From Candidatus Aminicenantes bacterium (GTDB lineage Bacteria > Acidobacteriota > Aminicenantia > UBA2199): a stretch of 39,482 nt of DNA. The position numbers and the translations under genes are program-made. The notes under the pieces are model-generated. The model did not search any database. It saw nothing but the letters and a program-made list of their open reading frames with translations, and had not been told where the DNA came from. Shown here in pieces: positions 35,262 through 39,482 of the stretch (its first letter is position 1; the number at the start of each line of letters is the position of its first letter). The stretch is from the NCBI GenBank assembly GCA_029939015.1, contig JAOZTV010000001.1:1-39482 (forward strand). The letters run 5' to 3'.

Positions 35262-35699
35262 ATGAGAAGCTTTTCGATAAAAATATTACTTTTAATTATC
35301 ATTATTACTTCACCCTTATTACTTTCTAAATCAAAATTCATTTCAATATATATTAAATCACAGAAATTTTTAGCTGAAATTGCAGATACCGAAGAATTAA
35401 CTTTAAAAGGTTTAATGTATAGAAAGCATATACCTAAAAATTATAGTATGCTTTTTATTTTCAAAAATGAAGAACCCCGTGGCTTCTGGATGAAAAACAC
35501 TCTTATTAATCTTGATATTATTTTTTTAAATAAAAATAAGGAAATAATTAATATCCATCATAATGTACCCCCTTGCACAGGCTCACCCTGCAAAACATAT
35601 TATTCAGAAAAACCGGCAAAATATGTAGTTGAACTTCAAGGTAATAGAGCAAAACAAATGCAACTTAAAAAGAATGATACTATAGAGTTTTTATATTGA
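35262..35699 (+). CDS. DUF192-family secreted protein
   Basis: Signal/anchor sequence. AEIADTEELTLKGLMYRKHIPKNYSMLFIF...FWMKNTLINLDIIFL...YVVELQGNRA matches the DUF192 (COG1430) pattern. Confidence 0.75.
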   Translation: MRSFSIKILLLIIIITSPLLLSKSKFISIYIKSQKFLAEIADTEELTLKGLMYRKHIPKNYSMLFIFKNEEPRGFWMKNTLINLDIIFLNKNKEIINIHHNVPPCTGSPCKTYYSEKPAKYVVELQGNRAKQMQLKKNDTIEFLY

Positions 35700-35738
35700 C
35701 AAAAAACTCCTTATAATATAAAATAGAACTTAAACTTG

Positions 35739-35769
35739 AATAAACAATTTGCCGTATAAATTGTTTATT
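35739..35769 (+). repeat. perfect 12-bp inverted repeat (AATAAACAATTT-N7-AAATTGTTTATT) 13 nt upstream of tRNA-His
   Basis: Read directly from the sequence. It overlaps a possible TTGAAT...TATAAA promoter-like arrangement. It could be a weak terminator for the DUF192 gene or an operator. Confidence 0.5.
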
Positions 35770-35781
35770 GAAGTCTTTTAT

Positions 35782-35857
35782 GGTGAGTGTAGCTCAGTGG
35801 TAGAGTATCGGTCTGTGGCACCGACTGTCGCGGGTTCGAATCCCGTCACTCACCCCA
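35782..35857 (+). tRNA. tRNA-His (anticodon GTG) with encoded G-1 and encoded CCA
   Basis: Cloverleaf folded by hand. G-1 comes first, then acceptor stem GTGAGTG/CACTCAC, D arm GCTC-AGTGGTA-GAGT, anticodon arm TCGGT-CTGTGGC-ACCGA, T arm GCGGG-TTCGAAT-CCCGT, discriminator C73 and CCA. Confidence 0.9.
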
Positions 35858-35866
35858 TTTAACACG

Positions 35867-37288
35867 ATGTTAATAAATATAAAAAAAGTCATCATATCTT
35901 ATAATAAAGGAACACTCTTATTAGAATTACCGATATCTTCAATACAAAATATATTTGATAAGATTGAATTAATATATGATAAAAGAATTGATAAATTCAG
36001 ATGTGATGCCAGTCATTATGGATATATAATTCGTCAATTAAAAAAAAATAATATAGAATTTGATAGTTCAGTATCAAAATGGTGTGTAATAAATTGGGGT
36101 AGAACTAATTTACCTGACCTTAGAGACGAGCAAATAGAGGCTGTTTCAACCTGGTTAAAAACAAAAAAAGGAGTAATTGTCATGCCTACAGGAAGTGGAA
36201 AAACTGTTGTTGCACTGGCTATAATGAATGCTTTGTCTGTGTCAACCTTGATTGTTGCACCTGTTAGAGACCTTATGTATCAATGGCAAAATAGAATTTC
36301 TGAGGTACTTGGATACGATTCAGGAATAATTGGTGATAATATATTTGATATTCGTCCAATTTCCTGCACTACCTACCATAGTGCATATATACATATGGAT
36401 AAATTAGGAGACAAATTTGGTTTGATAATTTTTGATGAATGCCATCATTTACCGGGTTTGAGTAGAAGAGAGGCAGCTTTGATGAGTCCTGCTCCATTTA
36501 GATTAGGTCTTACAGCAACACCAGAAAGAAGTGATGAGCTTCATAAGGATTTTCCTGACTTAATTGGTCCTATAGTTTATGATATTCCAATTTCTGAACT
36601 GGCAGGCAAGGTTCTTGCAGATTATGATATATATAGAATACCAGTTGCTTTAAATTCAGATGAGCAGTTTGCATATAATTCAGCAGGTTTGCTAATACGC
36701 AACTATATGTTAAATAAGATACAGGAACTCAAAGATAAAGGTATTGAAAAAAAATATACATGGATGGATTTGATAAAAGAGACAGGCAAAGATCCAGAGG
36801 CAAGAAAAGCTCAGCAGGCATTTTATTTTAAAAAATCTATAGAAGACAGAGCAGAAGAAAAATTTCGGGTACTTGAAGATCTGTTCAGACTTCATCTCGG
36901 AGAACCAATTTTAATATTTGCAGGTTCAAATGCTATGGCAAGAGATGTTTCTATAAGATTTCTCATACCCTGTCTTCTAAGTCATTCAAAAAAAAGAGAG
37001 CGTCAGGATATTTTAAAAGGATTTGAAAACGGCACATACCCTGCAATTATTGCAAATCAAGTACTTGATGAAGGTGTTGATATTCCTATAGTTAAGATTG
37101 CCATTGTCTTAGGTGGAGAGTCTTCTTCAAGACAGGCAAAACAAAGATTAGGCAGGATTTTAAGAAAAGTTGGCAATAAAAGAGGGAAATTATATGAAAT
37201 TGTCTGCACAGATACAGGTGAGGTAAAAAAATCTCGAAAAAGGAGAAATAGTGATGCTTACAAAAGAACACTCCATCGCAAACTATAA
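35867..37288 (+). CDS. XPB/Rad25-like superfamily-2 DNA helicase
   Basis: Walker A MPTGSGKT, motif II IIFDECHH, motif III with a RED-like element GLTATPERSDE, and motif VI QRLGRILR. An N-terminal ~85 aa domain sits where XPB carries its damage-recognition domain. The ATG is 10 nt after the tRNA and has no visible SD. Confidence 0.75.
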   Translation: MLINIKKVIISYNKGTLLLELPISSIQNIFDKIELIYDKRIDKFRCDASHYGYIIRQLKKNNIEFDSSVSKWCVINWGRTNLPDLRDEQIEAVSTWLKTKKGVIVMPTGSGKTVVALAIMNALSVSTLIVAPVRDLMYQWQNRISEVLGYDSGIIGDNIFDIRPISCTTYHSAYIHMDKLGDKFGLIIFDECHHLPGLSRREAALMSPAPFRLGLTATPERSDELHKDFPDLIGPIVYDIPISELAGKVLADYDIYRIPVALNSDEQFAYNSAGLLIRNYMLNKIQELKDKGIEKKYTWMDLIKETGKDPEARKAQQAFYFKKSIEDRAEEKFRVLEDLFRLHLGEPILIFAGSNAMARDVSIRFLIPCLLSHSKKRERQDILKGFENGTYPAIIANQVLDEGVDIPIVKIAIVLGGESSSRQAKQRLGRILRKVGNKRGKLYEIVCTDTGEVKKSRKRRNSDAYKRTLHRKL

Positions 37289-38459
37289 AGGCAGAGCTAT
37301 TATTCCCGATAGGCTAAATAGACAGGAACATAATCATTATATTGAGTATGCAAAAAAAGCCATAGAAATATATAAATCTGGCATTGGGCAGACAAGAATA
37401 TCTCTTCATAAAAAAGTAAAAAATATCTTTAAAGATGAGGAAAATTGTCCTCTGAAAAGAATAAATTCTTTTTGTAAACTGCTTGATGATGTCTCTATTT
37501 TTGACAGGGATAGAGGTGGAAAATCTGAGAAACTCAGAAAAAAAGTTTTTTTACTGGCAGCAGAATACCATCCAATAGTAAAAAACAATGAGTCACTTTT
37601 TGATAATCAGGAAGACAAGGTTAAACAAATAATATCAGTAAAATTAAATATGAAATGGGAAATAATTGAAAAAAACTTATTTTCGGATATCATTGATTTT
37701 CATCGTTTAAAATCTATTGAAGAATATCCATCAGCAATAGCATTATTATCAAGATATAATATAGCTCAAATACAGACTACATTATACAGGGCTAGCAATA
37801 TGACTATCTGGATAAAAAATGATTTAAAGCGGATTGTCAGATACGCTAAAATGTTAAATTTGCTTCATAAAATAACATATCTTGGTGAAGGAGAGTATAA
37901 AATATTTTTTGATGGTCCAGCGAGTATTCTTAGAAACACACAAAGATATGGTGTGAGTATGGCTACTTTTTTTCCTGTTCTTACAACTTCAAAAAACTGG
38001 AAAATGCGTGTTCTAATTAAGAGTAAATTTAAGAGTTTTGATAATATATTAGAACTCTCAGATAAAGACAAACTTAGAAGTCATTTACCTCTTACAAATG
38101 ATTTTGATTCAATAATAGAAGAACAATTTTATAAAAAATGGGGAACAGAAAGCAGAAATGGCTGGAAATTAGAACGAGAATCGGAAATAATCCATAATGG
38201 GCAAAGGGTTTTTTTTCCTGATTTTGTTTTTAAACATTATTCAGGTGCTTTTGCATATCTTGAAATTGTTGGTTTCTGGACACCTGAATATTTAAAACAT
38301 AAATCAGATACACTACAATTCTTCAAAGAACATAAAACAATAATTGCAGTTGCAGATAGTGTAAAAAATCAGCTTTCATACCTTCCTGATAATTCAATAG
38401 CATATAAAAAATCAATAAATATAAAGGATGTATTGGAAAGATTGATAGATTACGTTTAA
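37251..38459 (+). CDS. DUF790 / Bax1-like endonuclease
   Basis: MLTKEH...IIPDRL start, and the C-terminal FFPDFVF...AYLEIVGFWTPEYLKHK block characteristic of DUF790 (Bax1, the XPB-associated nuclease). SD AGGAG is followed by GTG (37251) and ATG (37254). Overlaps the helicase gene by 35-38 nt. Confidence 0.65.
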   Translation: MMLTKEHSIANYKGRAIIPDRLNRQEHNHYIEYAKKAIEIYKSGIGQTRISLHKKVKNIFKDEENCPLKRINSFCKLLDDVSIFDRDRGGKSEKLRKKVFLLAAEYHPIVKNNESLFDNQEDKVKQIISVKLNMKWEIIEKNLFSDIIDFHRLKSIEEYPSAIALLSRYNIAQIQTTLYRASNMTIWIKNDLKRIVRYAKMLNLLHKITYLGEGEYKIFFDGPASILRNTQRYGVSMATFFPVLTTSKNWKMRVLIKSKFKSFDNILELSDKDKLRSHLPLTNDFDSIIEEQFYKKWGTESRNGWKLERESEIIHNGQRVFFPDFVFKHYSGAFAYLEIVGFWTPEYLKHKSDTLQFFKEHKTIIAVADSVKNQLSYLPDNSIAYKKSINIKDVLERLIDYV

Positions 38460-38505
38460 GAATTTTTACTCATATTTCGCCTGACAATAAAGCTGGTTTT
38501 GTTAA

Positions 38506-38613
38506 GTGATGAAGGCAAATAGGCAAGGAGGCAGAGAGGCAAAGAGTAAAATCTTAAAAGACATACAATATGTCTATGTCTAACTCTCTGCCTCTCTGCC
38601 TATTTGCCTTCAC
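38506..38613. repeat. G+C-rich imperfect inverted repeat built from 8-bp GGCAnnnA units; probable bidirectional terminator
   Basis: The left arm is GTGATGAAGGCAAATAGGCAAGGAGGCAGAGAGGCAAAGAG. The right arm, CTCTCTGCCTCTCTGCCTATTTGCCTTCAC, is its near-complement. A loop of about 36 nt contains a small GACAT...ATGTC palindrome. It lies between convergent stops at 38459 and 38613. Confidence 0.6.
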
Positions 38614-39482
38614 TAAACCAATCGTTCAAGTCTTACTGTAAAATGCCTCATTATTGGTGCTTCTTCAATAATTTTCAAACCTCTGCTTATTTCATCTCTT
38701 CTTTCATAAACATTTTTTAATGATGCTGCAATATAGTTCATATGGTTATCTGAATAAACTCTTCGTGGAATTGCAAGTCTTAATAATTCTAGTTCAGGGT
38801 ATCTGTTTTCCCTTGTTTTAGGATCTCTATCTGCAAGAAGAGTACCTATTTCAACTCCCCTGACTCCACCTTCAATATATAATTCAACTCCAAGAAGTTG
38901 AGCAATGAACTCACTCTGTGGAATATTCGGGAAAAATTTCTTAGCATCAATAAAAACTGCGTGACCACCAATAGGTTCTAATACAGGGATGCCATATTCA
39001 ATTAATTTATTTCCAAGATATTTAACCTGTCTAATTCTTGAATTAAGATATTCAAATTCAGTACCCTCATCAAGACCCTGAGCCAATGCACCCATATCTC
39101 TTCCACTCATTCCACCGTATGTTATAAATCCTTCAAATACAATATTAAAAACACTTGCTTTTTTATAGAGTTCTTCATCTCTTAATCCAATAAATCCACC
39201 CATATTAACAATAGCATCTTTTTTTGAACTCATAGTCATACCATCAACATAAGAAAACATTTCTTTTACAATTTCTTTTATTGTTTTATTTTCATATCCA
39301 TTTTCTCTGGTTTTAATAAAATATGCATTTTCAGCAAATCTTGCACCATCAATAAATAATTTTACACCCTTCTTTTTACATAATTCTGATACAGCTTTGA
39401 TATTTTCCATTGACACAGGTTGTCCACCACCTGAATTACAAGTGACTGTGAGAATAAAAAAAGGTATTTTATCTATTGGATT
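38613..39482 (-). CDS. tnaA: tryptophanase / tyrosine phenol-lyase family beta-eliminating lyase, C-terminal ~289 codons (5' end off window)
   Basis: The frame is open to the window edge (NPIDKIPFFILTVTCNSGGGQPVSMENIKAV...). PLP-lysine motif MSSKKDAIVNMGGF, FAENAYFIK, and a C-terminal MRHFTVRLERLV. Overall closer to TnaA than TPL, but not decisive. Confidence 0.75.
   Translation of the reverse strand, partial: NPIDKIPFFILTVTCNSGGGQPVSMENIKAVSELCKKKGVKLFIDGARFAENAYFIKTRENGYENKTIKEIVKEMFSYVDGMTMSSKKDAIVNMGGFIGLRDEELYKKASVFNIVFEGFITYGGMSGRDMGALAQGLDEGTEFEYLNSRIRQVKYLGNKLIEYGIPVLEPIGGHAVFIDAKKFFPNIPQSEFIAQLLGVELYIEGGVRGVEIGTLLADRDPKTRENRYPELELLRLAIPRRVYSDNHMNYIAASLKNVYERRDEISRGLKIIEEAPIMRHFTVRLERLV

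Noticed and set aside
35782-38613. tRNA-His-bounded genomic island with att-type direct repeat
   Set aside because: I looked for a copy of the tRNA 3' end (GGTTCGAATCCCGTCACTCACC or shorter pieces) in 38460-38612 and found none. No integrase is present either. Island status therefore remains only a contextual suspicion and is reported as such in the findings.
1-39482. CRISPR arrays, IS elements, transposases, integrases, rRNA, prophage genes
   Set aside because: I scanned the ORF track and the intergenic regions. There are no regularly spaced direct repeats, no DDE/serine/tyrosine recombinase-like ORFs and no rRNA-like segments. The many poly-A/T runs are ordinary for this base composition.

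Overview
This is a strongly AT-rich bacterial chromosomal segment. Single 60-nt rows counted by hand range from about 15% to 50% G+C, and the conserved enzyme genes are the richer ones. The organism looks diderm: an outer-membrane beta-barrel protein, a TonB-dependent receptor, SurA-like chaperones and an MsbA-like exporter are all present. It also looks like an anaerobic amino-acid or peptide fermenter. It carries a secreted papain-type protease, methionine gamma-lyase, a glycyl-radical hydroxyproline-dehydratase-like enzyme with its activase, and a tryptophanase-family lyase. No finer taxonomic call is possible from sequence alone.

Most of the window is tightly packed housekeeping: acnB, pfk, pssA, an msbA-like gene, yicC-remA-gmk, a family-4 UDG, a priA-like gene, trkAH, lepB and tRNA-His. 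I found no CRISPR array, transposase, integrase or rRNA.

The parts that housekeeping does not explain are:
- a roughly 1 kb patch (6.6-7.6 kb) holding three consecutive N-terminal stubs of defence-type genes;
- an XPB-like helicase and a DUF790/Bax1-like nuclease, translationally coupled, starting 10 nt after tRNA-His and closed by an unusual G+C-rich inverted repeat built from 8-bp GGCA units;
- a long zinc-ribbon SDR plus an unrecognisable 2-TM protein at the end of the lepB-trkHA gene string;
- a tandem adenylate kinase whose second module looks catalytically degenerate;
- a PriA-like protein with Walker A, Walker B and motif VI all lost;
- a TPR protein split exactly at an A_AAA_AAA -1 slippery heptamer.

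I cannot show that any of these is a new system. The helicase-nuclease pair and the SDR/2-TM pair are the best candidates for follow-up.
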